Shown: positions 27,684 through 36,991 of the stretch, piece by piece
Position numbering within the stretch: the first letter of the stretch is position 1
Layout of the letters: every line of letters starts with the position of its first letter
NCBI GenBank assembly: GCA_046262595.1
Contig: JBHEMM010000002.1
Coordinates: 31,701-95,700 of the forward strand
DNA from: Vulcanimicrobiaceae bacterium
Lineage (GTDB): Bacteria; Vulcanimicrobiota; Vulcanimicrobiia; Vulcanimicrobiales; Vulcanimicrobiaceae
Direction of reading: 5' to 3'
Length of the DNA stretch: 64,000 nt
Position numbers and translations under genes: made by a program
Notes under the pieces: generated by a model
The model's database searches: none
What the model was told of the DNA's origin: nothing
What the model saw: the letters and a program-made list of their open reading frames with translations, nothing else

Positions 27684-29005
27684 AACATCGCCGGCTGCTG
27701 CTGACCCTCGGCCTAGGCGTTTTCCTGGGCGCACTCGATCTGAGCGTTCTCTCGCCCGCGCTGCCCGCGATCGGAAGCCAGTTCGGCGTCGCAATTGCCG
27801 ATCTGTCGTGGGTATTTACCCTGTATCTGCTCGTCAACATTGCGGGCATCGCGATCATGAGCGTGCTCGCGGACCGGCTAGGACGCCGGCCGATCTACAT
27901 CGCATGCGTCGCGATCTTTACGGCCGGTACGGCGCTCGCGTTCGTTGCGCAACATTATCCCACGTTCCTGATCGCCCGCGCGATTCAAGCCTTTGGTGCG
28001 GGCGGCATTTTTCCGGTCGCGGCCGCCGCGATCGGCGATCGCGTACCGCCCGAGAAGCGCGGCGCCGCGCTGGGACTCGTTGCGGCGACATGGGGCTTCG
28101 CTGCGGTAGTCGGCCCGATGTACGGAGGCGTGGTCGCCCATTTTATTTCGTGGCGCTGGGTATTCTTACCGAACTTTCCGATTGCCGCTGCAGTGGTGCT
28201 GCTTGCAGCGCGGCACGTGCCGGCCGACGCACCGCGCACGCGCGATCCGCTGGACGTGCCGGGATTGTTTTTACTCGTGGCCGGCTTGCTCTTCATGATC
28301 TACGGCATCACGGGAATGCACGCGGTGACCATCGCCTTCGCACTGGCGCTGTTGACGGGCTTCTGGCTCTGGGAACGCTCCAGCGAGTATCCCGCATTTC
28401 CACCGGCGCTTTTTGCAAACGGACAACTTGCGAAGACGTTTATTTTGGAGATCGCCATCGGCATGGTCGAGGGCGCGCTGTTTTTTATTCCAGCGGTGCT
28501 GGTCGGCGCGCAGCGTTTGTCATATGCCGTCGCGGGGCTGATCGCCGCCATCGGCGCGCTGATGTTCGTGCTCATTATTCCTGTTTCGGGCAGATTGCTC
28601 GATCGTATCGGCAGCCGTAACGTGCTCGTGATCGGCACCTTGTTCACCGAGCTCGGCCTCGTCATCTTCGCGCTCGGATTCGGCTCGCTCTGGCTCTGTG
28701 TTTTGGCGATGATCGTCGCGGGCGCGGGCTTCGGCGCATTGCTCGGAGCGCCCACCCGTTACATCGTTACCAACGAAACGGCACCCGCCACGCGCGCGAC
28801 GGCAGTCGGCCTGCTCAGTCAATTCCTGATCGTCGGGCAAATTTTGGGCGGCGCCATGGCGGGCGGCATCATGGGTAATGCGCTCTCCGACACGGCGGCA
28901 TACCGCACGGCCTATCTCGCGTTCGCGGCTGTTGCGCTTTTCGCTTTGCTGATCGCCTCGACGCTGCGCTCCCGCCGGATGGAACTGCAGCGCGCGCAGC
29001 GATGA
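27680..29005 (+). CDS. MFS transporter
   Basis: 441-aa ORF with many TM segments and the MFS loop motif LADRLGRRP. It has a 4-nt overlap with the ctaB stop. Confidence 0.85.
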   Translation: MKHRRLLLTLGLGVFLGALDLSVLSPALPAIGSQFGVAIADLSWVFTLYLLVNIAGIAIMSVLADRLGRRPIYIACVAIFTAGTALAFVAQHYPTFLIARAIQAFGAGGIFPVAAAAIGDRVPPEKRGAALGLVAATWGFAAVVGPMYGGVVAHFISWRWVFLPNFPIAAAVVLLAARHVPADAPRTRDPLDVPGLFLLVAGLLFMIYGITGMHAVTIAFALALLTGFWLWERSSEYPAFPPALFANGQLAKTFILEIAIGMVEGALFFIPAVLVGAQRLSYAVAGLIAAIGALMFVLIIPVSGRLLDRIGSRNVLVIGTLFTELGLVIFALGFGSLWLCVLAMIVAGAGFGALLGAPTRYIVTNETAPATRATAVGLLSQFLIVGQILGGAMAGGIMGNALSDTAAYRTAYLAFAAVALFALLIASTLRSRRMELQRAQR

Positions 29006-29132
29006 CCCCCGCGACGGCGCTAGGGAAGCGCTTGACTCTGCCCGCGCCGTTGGGGACGCTCGCTCCTTCGGTGGACCATAAAAAAGTCGCCGATCGGGCT
29101 CATCCCGCCGAAACTGTGGAATACGAGAGGGT

Positions 29133-29711
29133 ATGAAGCTTCGCACGATCGTGCAAAGCCGGCATCTTGCCCGCCGTCCATGGACCGAGCGCGAGCGCTT
29201 CATCGTATGGCGCGGCGTCACAGGACGCATATCGATCGCGATCGAGCCGCTCATCGGCGGCCTTTTCTTTGCCGCGCTGAGCTACGGTATCGTGTGGCGC
29301 GCGCGCGTCACGCCGCCGCACGACCTGTGGATCCTTTGGCCGGTGTTCGGTGTCGTCTCGCTCGCTTTCTTTGCGTATTTTGTTGCGGTGCTCGCGGCGC
29401 CGCTCGTGGCATACGCGCAGACCTACAAACCGATCTACCAGCTGGACGGCTACGTGCGCTACCGCGGTCCCGACGAATTTTCGGATGTGGGCAGCAGCGG
29501 TTACGTCGCTGTGCTCTTCGACGATGAACGCATGTGCGGCGAATGGGAATGCTTCGGCACCAAAAGGCTTCCGGCGCGGACGATCCCCGCGCACGTCGAG
29601 TTTTCGGAATACGGCGGCGTCCACAAAATAGACGGCAAATCGACCGGCGTCTTGCCGGACGAGCCCTTACCGCTGCTGGCGATCGGAATGACGCAAAACT
29701 TCCCGAAGTAG
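29133..29711 (+). CDS. Hypothetical membrane protein
   Basis: 192-aa ORF with two clear hydrophobic helices followed by a soluble C-terminal domain. I recognise no family. Confidence 0.55.
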   Translation: MKLRTIVQSRHLARRPWTERERFIVWRGVTGRISIAIEPLIGGLFFAALSYGIVWRARVTPPHDLWILWPVFGVVSLAFFAYFVAVLAAPLVAYAQTYKPIYQLDGYVRYRGPDEFSDVGSSGYVAVLFDDERMCGEWECFGTKRLPARTIPAHVEFSEYGGVHKIDGKSTGVLPDEPLPLLAIGMTQNFPK

Positions 29712-29753
29712 CAACGCCCGACAACAGGCGGCCGCGAGAATGCGCCGCAGCGG

Positions 29754-29954
29754 TTAAGGCCGGTAGCTGCCGTTAACCGGGATGCGAAGCGTTTTCGTGG
29801 AGGGCCACGCGTGGCCGTACCCGGCGAGCGCGATCGTATCGGCGCCGATGGCAAAGATCACCAGAACACCGACCAGCACCGCAATTAAAACTGCTCGAGG
29901 AACGCCGCGGGTCGTGGGAACGCCGCGCTCGTCGACCGGATCGTACACCGTCAC
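29754..29954 (-). CDS. Small single-TM protein at the distal end of the oxidase operon
   Basis: 66-aa ORF with the TM segment AVLIAVLVGVLVIFAIG. Its start overlaps the stop of the upstream small oxidase-associated gene by 4 nt. Confidence 0.5.
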   Translation of the reverse strand: MTVYDPVDERGVPTTRGVPRAVLIAVLVGVLVIFAIGADTIALAGYGHAWPSTKTLRIPVNGSYRP

Positions 29955-30178
29955 ACCTCCACGCCGCGGCCGGCCAGCACGTTGAGTGCGGCCAGTATCG
30001 CGAGAAACGCGCCGAGCGCGAGCAATCCCAGCATCATTTTGAAAACCTGGTTTTCGATGCCCTTGCTGTTCCAGTCGTTCTTGAGCGCGATCGCGGCGAC
30101 GCCGAACACGACCAAGCCGAAGGCGACGGCAAAGATTCGTTCGATGTGCGCCAGCGCGTGTTGCGTTGCTTCATTCAT
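29951..30178 (-). CDS. Small two-TM protein, putative cytochrome oxidase subunit IV-like
   Basis: 75-aa ORF with two hydrophobic helices, placed immediately downstream of ctaE where a subunit IV gene is expected. Confidence 0.55.
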   Translation of the reverse strand: MNEATQHALAHIERIFAVAFGLVVFGVAAIALKNDWNSKGIENQVFKMMLGLLALGAFLAILAALNVLAGRGVEV

Positions 30179-30187
30179 GAGCGGCTC

Positions 30188-30805
30188 CTACAGCAAATAG
30201 AAGATCGAGAACAGCACGACCCAGATCACGTCGACGAAATGCCAGTAAAGCGTTCCGAGGGTTAGGCCGGTGTATTTCTTGTAGGTGTACGTTCCGTGCG
30301 TGGCCTGCAGCAGCAGGACGGTCAAATAAATGACGCCGCAAAAAACGTGGAATCCGTGCATGCCGGTGAGCGTGTAGAAACCGGCGCCGAAGATTCCGGA
30401 GTCGCCCCATCCGACGGCAAGCTTTCCGTATTCGATGATCTGGCCGGAAAGGAACAGCACGCCGAGCACGATCGTCGCGAGCATCCAGTTCGCAAACTTG
30501 ATAAACTTCTCGTGCTTCCAGTTCTCGAGCGCGAAGTGCATCGTCGCGCCCGAACCGAACAGGATGACGGAGTTGAGCGAAGCCAGCGCAAGGTCGAGTT
30601 TCGGTGCACCGGGCGGCGGCCATCCCTGCCCGCTGCTCCGCAGATACAGATACGCGAAGATGAACGAACTGAACAGTACGAGGTCGCTGACCATGAACAG
30701 CAGGAAGCCTTGAACGCGCAGCTCGCGCGTCTCGACGTAGAGCTGATCGGCCTGCGCGTCGTCGCGCGCGTGCAGGCCGCCGTGCGGCAATGCGGCGAGC
30801 GCCAC
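30188..30805 (-). CDS. ctaE: Cytochrome c oxidase subunit III
   Basis: GFYTLTGMHGFHVFCGV and LYWHFVDVIWVVLF are subunit III hallmarks. The gene uses a GTG start. Confidence 0.9.
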   Translation of the reverse strand: MALAALPHGGLHARDDAQADQLYVETRELRVQGFLLFMVSDLVLFSSFIFAYLYLRSSGQGWPPPGAPKLDLALASLNSVILFGSGATMHFALENWKHEKFIKFANWMLATIVLGVLFLSGQIIEYGKLAVGWGDSGIFGAGFYTLTGMHGFHVFCGVIYLTVLLLQATHGTYTYKKYTGLTLGTLYWHFVDVIWVVLFSIFYLL

Positions 30806-32493
30806 TAACGGATACCCGCCGGTTCGCGCGCGTCGTCCTCGTCCGAGGTTCCGGCCAGCTCGTCTTCGAGCCCGCGGTACGGCAACGGTTCGGCGAAGTC
30901 GTACGGCGTCGAAAAGACAGACGGAACATGTTTGAAGTTATAGTACGGCGGAGGCGAGGCGATCTGCCACTCCAGCGTGCGGGCGTTCCACGGGTTGTGG
31001 CCGGAACGCTTACCGTTCTTGATGCTCCAAATCACGTTCACGATAATGAGCAGGATTGCGGCCGTCATCACGAACGAAGCGATCGATTCGAATTGATTGA
31101 GCGATTGAAACTGCGGATCGTAGGTCGCTGTGCGGCGCGGTTGACCCCACAGCCCGTTCCAGTGCATCGGCAAGAACGTGCCGTTCATACCGACGAAGAA
31201 CAGCCAGAATGCCCATTTGCCCAGCGTCTCGTTCATGAAGCGCCCGGTCATCTTCGGAAACCAATAGAACAGGCCGGAGAAGATGCCCATGAGCGATCCG
31301 CCGACCAGCACGTAGTGGAAATGGGCGACGATGAAGTACGTGCCGTGCGCATGCAGGTCGAACGGAACCGCAGCCAGCCAAACGCCCGTGATGCCGCCGA
31401 GCGTGAAGAGCGCAATAAAGCCGACTGAGAACAGCATGGCCGTTGTGAACTTGAGCACTCCGCCGAAAAGCGTCGTCGTCCATGAAAAGATCTTGATGCC
31501 CGTCGGGATGGCGATGAGCATGGTCAGCACCATGAAGGGCAGCTGCAGCGCGGGCGCCATGCCCGAGGTGAACATGTGATGCGCCCAGACCATGAAGCCC
31601 AAGATCGCGATCGCGCACGATGAGAACGCGATCATCTTGTAGCCGAAGATGGGCTTGCGCGCAAACGTCGGGATTACTTCCGAGAGAATGCCGAATGCGG
31701 GCAGAATCATGATGTACACGGCCGGATGCGAGTAGAACCAGAACATGTGCTGCCAAAGGATGGCGCTGCCGCCCTTGGTCGGATCGAAAAACGCCACGCC
31801 GAACTGGCGCTGAACGAAGAGCGCCGCCAGCGCCGCACCAAGCGCCGTCGTGGCAATCATCAGCAGCGGAGCCGTGGCGAACTGGCCCCACACGAACAGC
31901 GGCATGCGCGTGAACGTCATGCCGGGAGCGCGCATCTTCAGGATTGTCACCAAGAAATTAATCCCGGTGAGTGTCGAGCTCACCCCGACCAAAAAGATCG
32001 CCGCGCACCACATCGACGTGCCCGCTTGCCCTTGCAACGACATCGGCGGATATTCCGTCCAGCCCGCCGACGGCGCGCCCATCAAAAACGACGCGTAGAC
32101 CATCAAGCCTGCAACCGGAAATATCCAGAAGCTGATCATGTTGAGCCACGGGAACGCCACGTCGCGTGCGCCGATCTGCAGCGGAAACACGAAGTTGCCG
32201 AACCCGCCGGTGAGCATCGGAATGATGACCAGCCAGACCATCGTCGAGCCGTGAATCGAATACACTTCGTTGTAGGTGTCGGGCGTCATGAAGCCGCCGT
32301 TCGCCTTCATCAATTGCACGCGAATCAGCTCGGCCAGCATGCCGCCGAGAATCAGGAAGATTCCGGCCGTGATCATATACTGGATGCCGATGATCTTGTG
32401 ATCGATCGAAAAAACGTATTTACGGATGAACCCTTGCGGTTCGGGATGGATGTGGTCGGCGATGCCGCCGGCGTGTACTGTTGCTACGGCCAT
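30805..32493 (-). CDS. ctaD: Cytochrome c oxidase subunit I
   Basis: DHKIIGIQY, GGFGNFVFP, WAHHMFTSG and HFHYVL are heme-copper oxidase subunit I ligand motifs. Confidence 0.95.
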   Translation of the reverse strand: MAVATVHAGGIADHIHPEPQGFIRKYVFSIDHKIIGIQYMITAGIFLILGGMLAELIRVQLMKANGGFMTPDTYNEVYSIHGSTMVWLVIIPMLTGGFGNFVFPLQIGARDVAFPWLNMISFWIFPVAGLMVYASFLMGAPSAGWTEYPPMSLQGQAGTSMWCAAIFLVGVSSTLTGINFLVTILKMRAPGMTFTRMPLFVWGQFATAPLLMIATTALGAALAALFVQRQFGVAFFDPTKGGSAILWQHMFWFYSHPAVYIMILPAFGILSEVIPTFARKPIFGYKMIAFSSCAIAILGFMVWAHHMFTSGMAPALQLPFMVLTMLIAIPTGIKIFSWTTTLFGGVLKFTTAMLFSVGFIALFTLGGITGVWLAAVPFDLHAHGTYFIVAHFHYVLVGGSLMGIFSGLFYWFPKMTGRFMNETLGKWAFWLFFVGMNGTFLPMHWNGLWGQPRRTATYDPQFQSLNQFESIASFVMTAAILLIIVNVIWSIKNGKRSGHNPWNARTLEWQIASPPPYYNFKHVPSVFSTPYDFAEPLPYRGLEDELAGTSDEDDAREPAGIR

Positions 32494-32507
32494 TTGTACG
32501 ATCTGCC

Positions 32508-33623
32508 TTATTTCAACGAATCGAGGAAGCTGACGAGATTTGCGATGTCTTTATCGGAGAGCTGGTTGGCGGTCTGATTCGGCATGGTGCCCATCGGTCC
32601 GTTGTAACCGTTCTGCAAAATCTTGGCGACGTTTTCCGGTGTCGCTTTGTTGCCGTTCACCAAATTCGGGTGAGCCGGGTCGTGCAGCACGCCCTTCAGG
32701 CCCGGGCCTACGACCTTTTGTGCGAACGGCGCGATCGCGTGACACGCCGAGCAACGCTGCGAGAACACCGCTTTACCGGCCGCTGCGTCGCCGCCCGTGA
32801 GCTTTACCGCGCCGCTCGAAGCCACGGCGACGGCGTCGCTTTCGTGGGCGTTCGCGCGCTGCTGCGCGTCGTACCATGCTTTATATTTGTCCGGCGGATC
32901 GATGTAGACGAACGCCGGATCATTTTTGGTGCCGCTGCGCATCTCGCCGTGAAAGGTGCCGCAAAACTCCGTGCAGATCAAGTTGTAGCGCCCCGCACGC
33001 GTCGGCGTAAACACGAGCGTATTGACTACGCCTGGAACCATGTCGGCCTTCAGGCGCATGTCGGGAATCCAGAACGAATGGATGACGTCGTAGGACGACA
33101 CGTGCAGCGTAACCGGCTGGCTCAGCGGCAGATGCATCTCGCGAACTTCGCCGTGGATGCCGGGATAGCGGAACGTGTAGTACCACTGGTGGCCCAACCC
33201 TTCGACGACCAGCGTATTGCCCTGCGCGTTGACCGGCTCGATCTCCAGGAAGAGCTTCACGCTGACGAAGCCTAAGACCACGATGAAGATCGACGGGATG
33301 ATGGTCCACCACAGTTCCAACCGGTGATTGTCGTGGATCTGCAGCCCGATTGCGTCGTCGCCTTGATCGGCCCGCCGGCGGTAACGGATCGAGAAGTAGA
33401 GCAAATAACCGATGACGGCAAAACCGAGCGCGAATCCGGTGCCGGCAAGGAAGCGGAAAAGCAGGTCGATTTGCTGCGCCCGGTCGACCGCTTCGGGCAT
33501 GATGCTGGTAATGGGCGCGTATGCCCAGTACAGAACCGAAGCGATCGCCAGCAGCACGATGACGCCGGTTATCGTCCAGAACCCGCGATCCAAGTGCACG
33601 GCTGGGTCTCTATGTTCTTGCAA
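32508..33623 (-). CDS. ctaC: Cytochrome c oxidase subunit II with fused C-terminal cytochrome c domain (caa3-type)
   Basis: CuA motifs DVIHSFWIP and CTEFCGTFHGEM are present, plus the C-terminal heme-binding motif CSACH. The start was chosen at TTG 33623, 5 nt downstream of GGAGAG; the longer ORF to 33995 would overlap nanE. Confidence 0.9.
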   Translation of the reverse strand: MQEHRDPAVHLDRGFWTITGVIVLLAIASVLYWAYAPITSIMPEAVDRAQQIDLLFRFLAGTGFALGFAVIGYLLYFSIRYRRRADQGDDAIGLQIHDNHRLELWWTIIPSIFIVVLGFVSVKLFLEIEPVNAQGNTLVVEGLGHQWYYTFRYPGIHGEVREMHLPLSQPVTLHVSSYDVIHSFWIPDMRLKADMVPGVVNTLVFTPTRAGRYNLICTEFCGTFHGEMRSGTKNDPAFVYIDPPDKYKAWYDAQQRANAHESDAVAVASSGAVKLTGGDAAAGKAVFSQRCSACHAIAPFAQKVVGPGLKGVLHDPAHPNLVNGNKATPENVAKILQNGYNGPMGTMPNQTANQLSDKDIANLVSFLDSLK

Positions 33624-33691
33624 AACGGCTCTCCAAGACAGTCGGCATCGGCCGGAATCCGTGGCTCTATTAGATGATAGGTAAAACCGTC

Positions 33692-34378
33692 CTACAGCCG
33701 CGACGACTTTGGTTTTAAGCCCGCAGCGAACCGGGCCGTCATCCACGAAACGTTGGTTATCGCAGTTCCCACAACCACGGCGTCGGCGCCGGCGCCTATC
33801 GCCGCGCAGACCGATTCGGGCGAATGCACGCCGCCCTCGCAGATGCGCATCACGCTCAAGCCGCTCCAGGCGTCGAGCAGTGCCAGTGCAGGCAATTGCT
33901 CGCCGCGCGTTTGCGCCGTATACCCGCAGAGCGTCGTTGCAACGATGTCTGCGCCCGCTTCGGCTGCCGGCGGCCCGTCGCCCGGCTGCGCGCAATCCGC
34001 CATGGCGAGCGCGCCGCCCTCATGGATCGCCGCAATCAAGGAGGCCGGCGCCGCACCGGCGGGATGCGCTGCGGCCGTGGCATCAAAAGCCACGATGCAC
34101 GCGCCCGCGGCGAGGACTTCGTCGACTTCCCGGCGCGAGGGCGTGATATACGGTTCGAACCCTTCGTAACTGCGCTTAATCAGGCCGATGACCGGTACGC
34201 TGACACGCGCGCACACCGCCCGCAAATTTGCGGCGCCTTGAATACGGACGCCGCACGCGCCGCCCTCGACTGCCGCGGCGGCCATTGCCGCGAGCACGCG
34301 CGGATCGTCCAGCGCGCTGCCCGGCGCCGCTTGCACCGAAACGATGAGGCCTCCCCGCAGTGCGTCGAGCACGGTCAC
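33692..34378 (-). CDS. nanE: N-acetylmannosamine-6-phosphate 2-epimerase
   Basis: LIVSVQA, GVRIQG, VPVIGLIKR, DIVATTLCGYT and EGGVHSPE are typical NanE segments. Confidence 0.85.
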   Translation of the reverse strand: MTVLDALRGGLIVSVQAAPGSALDDPRVLAAMAAAAVEGGACGVRIQGAANLRAVCARVSVPVIGLIKRSYEGFEPYITPSRREVDEVLAAGACIVAFDATAAAHPAGAAPASLIAAIHEGGALAMADCAQPGDGPPAAEAGADIVATTLCGYTAQTRGEQLPALALLDAWSGLSVMRICEGGVHSPESVCAAIGAGADAVVVGTAITNVSWMTARFAAGLKPKSSRL

Positions 34379-35295
34379 TTCAACACCTCGATGGAAAGGC
34401 CGGCCCGGGCGTACGCCAGCAGGAGCGCGCCTTCCGGCGCGCCGTAGCGCGGCGTCACCAGTTGCGCGGCGGGCAGCAGCGCGCGCATGTGCTGCGCGAT
34501 TTCATCGCGGATCGTGGCGCTGTTCATCAACCCTCCGGTGAAGGCGGCGCAGCCGTTCTGCAGGCCCGTGCGTTCCATCGCGCGCATCGCGAGCATGACC
34601 AGCGCACGGGCGGCGTCCCGAACGGTTTGCGCCGCGAATGCGTCGCCGCCTTCAGCCGCGCGTACGATCGCCGTCGCAAACGAGGCGATACCGGCGCGCG
34701 AAATGCCGCCGGTGTAAAAAGAACGCACCAGCGCGCGCAGGGTAGGCGCGCCGAACGTTTGCAGCGCGAGTTGCGCCATCTCGCCCGGCTCGCCCGCATC
34801 GGCGTCTCCGAACGCAGCCTGCAGCGCGCAACGCGCGATCCAAAACGCGCTGCCTTCATCGCCGAAGACGTAGCCCCATCCGCCGGCGAGCGCCTCGCTG
34901 CCGGCTTCGTTTTTCGCGTAGGCGACCGAACCCGTTCCCGCAATCACCACGACGCCGGCCGTGTTTCCCAGCGCTCCCGCATGCGCTACGGGCGCATCGT
35001 GCAACAGCGTAAGCTGCCCGGCGCCGAGCTGCGGCGGCTTGCCGTAAACGGTGCCATCGTAACCGCTGATTCCCGCGACGACGTTTGAAAGTGCGGTGCC
35101 GCGCGGCAACTTCGCGTCATCGAGGGCACCACCAACCGCTGCGCAAAGCGCGTCGTGCAGGCGGGTCGACCGCGGACCTTGATTCACTTCATCGGCCGGC
35201 CCGGCGGTGCCGCGTCCGCAGATGCGTCCGAGCTCGTCGCCGATCACCGCCGTGGTCGAGCTTTGTCCGCCGTCGATCCCGGCGAAGTATCTCAT
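34375..35295 (-). CDS. BadF/BadG/BcrA/BcrD-type ATPase, N-acetylglucosamine kinase-like
   Basis: The start is an internal ATG at 35295 (MRYFAGIDGGQSST). IAGTGSVAY and GGWGYVFGDEGSAFWI are family motifs. The gene has ATGA overlaps on both sides. Confidence 0.8.
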   Translation of the reverse strand: MRYFAGIDGGQSSTTAVIGDELGRICGRGTAGPADEVNQGPRSTRLHDALCAAVGGALDDAKLPRGTALSNVVAGISGYDGTVYGKPPQLGAGQLTLLHDAPVAHAGALGNTAGVVVIAGTGSVAYAKNEAGSEALAGGWGYVFGDEGSAFWIARCALQAAFGDADAGEPGEMAQLALQTFGAPTLRALVRSFYTGGISRAGIASFATAIVRAAEGGDAFAAQTVRDAARALVMLAMRAMERTGLQNGCAAFTGGLMNSATIRDEIAQHMRALLPAAQLVTPRYGAPEGALLLAYARAGLSIEVLK

Positions 35296-35591
35296 TCGAG
35301 CAGCGTGCGCGCGAAGTCGTTGGCGGCCGTCTCGCGCGCGGCGCGATTGAGCAGCCGCGGAATCTCCCCGCAGTGCTCGCGGTGATGGTACAACTCGTGT
35401 CCGATCGAGAAGGCAATGAAGTCGCCGATCTCGCCCACGGGAAGGTGCTCGATGACGCGCACATTGATCCGGATCACGGGGCCGTGCGGATCGTACTCCG
35501 AACGCAGTTCGTCCACGCCCCATGCGCCGAGGTCGGCATATTCGATCTGAACGCCGTACCGCTCAGCGAGCGCAAACACCGCGCTCTTCAC
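35292..35591 (-). CDS. Small HExxH protein (ImmA/IrrE, DUF955-like metallopeptidase fold guess)
   Basis: 99-aa ORF with FSIGHELYHH, preceded by a PVIRINVRV-type strand as in ImmA/IrrE. The GTG start forms a GTGA overlap upstream, and an ATGA overlap lies downstream. Confidence 0.6.
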   Translation of the reverse strand: MKSAVFALAERYGVQIEYADLGAWGVDELRSEYDPHGPVIRINVRVIEHLPVGEIGDFIAFSIGHELYHHREHCGEIPRLLNRAARETAANDFARTLLE

Positions 35592-36931
35592 ACGAGAACC
35601 CCGTCGCTCTTAAGCATCTCACGCAGCTGCTGCGTGTCGATATCGCGCAAAGCCGCGCCCGACTCTTTCGCGAGTGCCACGGCAGTTCCGGCTGCTTGAC
35701 CCAGCGTCATAACGGTCGGTGTGAGCCGCGTGGAGGCGAGCGCTTCGTGCGTCGTCGAGATGCAGCGTCCGGCAACCAGCAGCGCACCGGCTCCTTTGGG
35801 AACCATGCAGCGGTAAGGAATTTCGTAGCTGGCTCCTTCGGGTAAGCGGTGCGTCGTCGTGCCGGTACCCGAAGGGTTGTGCATGTCGATCGGGTAGGCA
35901 CTGCGCGCGACGGCGTCGGCGAAACGGCGCCCTTGCAGCACGTCGTCGCGAGTGAGCGTATATTCGCCCACGATGCGGCGCGACTCGCGCACGCCGATCT
36001 GCGCCGCCGTCGCGGCGATGCGCGCCTGTTCGAAGCCTGGAACGCGCGAACGGAAAAACTCGAGCAGCTGCATGACCTGCATGCGCGCCTGCACCTCGGC
36101 GCGCGTGAGATCGTCGGGATCGAGCGGGTCGATGTCGGTCACGCGCGTCATGTTCACGCTTACTTCGTCCGCGTACGGCGTGATGAAAAACGAAACCAGC
36201 TCGCGGGGCACGTTCACCACGCGCTCTTGCAGCGCGGCATTCCACAGATCGTAAAGTCCTGCGACGGCGGTGAGCGCGGGCGCGGTACGTTCGTGCGCTT
36301 TGAGCGAGGTGCGCATTTGATCGGGATGCATGCGCACGTACGTTGCAGTCCTGCTTAAATCGACATGACTCAAGCGGAACATCAAACTCGCCGGCTGAAC
36401 GCGCCCGCGCGCATCGCCTTGCTGCGTGGCAACGCCCGCGGACGCGGCGACGTACGCGTCGGCGGTCGAATCGATCGTCATTGCCGCGCGGTATTCGCGT
36501 TCGCCGCCCACCGTCGCGAAGGTTGCGCCCTTGACGATGCTGCCCTCACATACTGCGCGCAAAAAGTACGCATGCAGCAACAAGTGCACGCCCGCCTCCT
36601 GCATCATTTCAAAGAGCAGCGCTTTGTGGATCTCCGGATCGAACGGCGTAATCGTTGCCACATAGTCCGACGAATCGCGAACATGCCCGGGTGAACCGCC
36701 TTTGCGCTGGAGACGCTCGACGATCTCCTGCGCGATGCCGCCGACGATGCGCTCGCTTCCGGAGTGGAAGGTCATCCACGGGCCGACCATTGCAGCGGTT
36801 GCCGTGCCGCCCAGGAACCCGTACCGCTCGACAAGCAGTGTGCGCGCGCCGCGGCGCGATGCAGCAATCGCCGCAGCGCAGCCCGCGTTACCGCCGCCGA
36901 CAACGAGGACGTCGAAATCGCTGCGCGTCAT
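35588..36931 (-). CDS. FAD-dependent oxidoreductase (FAD_oxidored/PF12831-like)
   Basis: The start is an internal ATG at 36931 (MTRSDFDVLVVGGGNAGCAAA, a dinucleotide-binding motif). The C-terminal LVAGRCIS...TVMTLGQAAG is typical of this family. Confidence 0.8.
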   Translation of the reverse strand: MTRSDFDVLVVGGGNAGCAAAIAASRRGARTLLVERYGFLGGTATAAMVGPWMTFHSGSERIVGGIAQEIVERLQRKGGSPGHVRDSSDYVATITPFDPEIHKALLFEMMQEAGVHLLLHAYFLRAVCEGSIVKGATFATVGGEREYRAAMTIDSTADAYVAASAGVATQQGDARGRVQPASLMFRLSHVDLSRTATYVRMHPDQMRTSLKAHERTAPALTAVAGLYDLWNAALQERVVNVPRELVSFFITPYADEVSVNMTRVTDIDPLDPDDLTRAEVQARMQVMQLLEFFRSRVPGFEQARIAATAAQIGVRESRRIVGEYTLTRDDVLQGRRFADAVARSAYPIDMHNPSGTGTTTHRLPEGASYEIPYRCMVPKGAGALLVAGRCISTTHEALASTRLTPTVMTLGQAAGTAVALAKESGAALRDIDTQQLREMLKSDGVLV

Positions 36932-36991
36932 GCGCGCGCCTTCGCGCAAATGAAGGCTTCGCCTTCTTCGGCAACAACAGAGCGAGAGACG

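Noticed and set aside
35292-35591. HExxH mini-protein considered as half of a toxin-antitoxin or phage immunity (ImmA/ImmR) module
   Set aside because: There is no adjacent HTH/XRE gene, no phage or mobile-element genes nearby, and the ORF is translationally coupled on both sides to sugar-metabolism genes. It is kept as an oddity rather than a defence or TA call.
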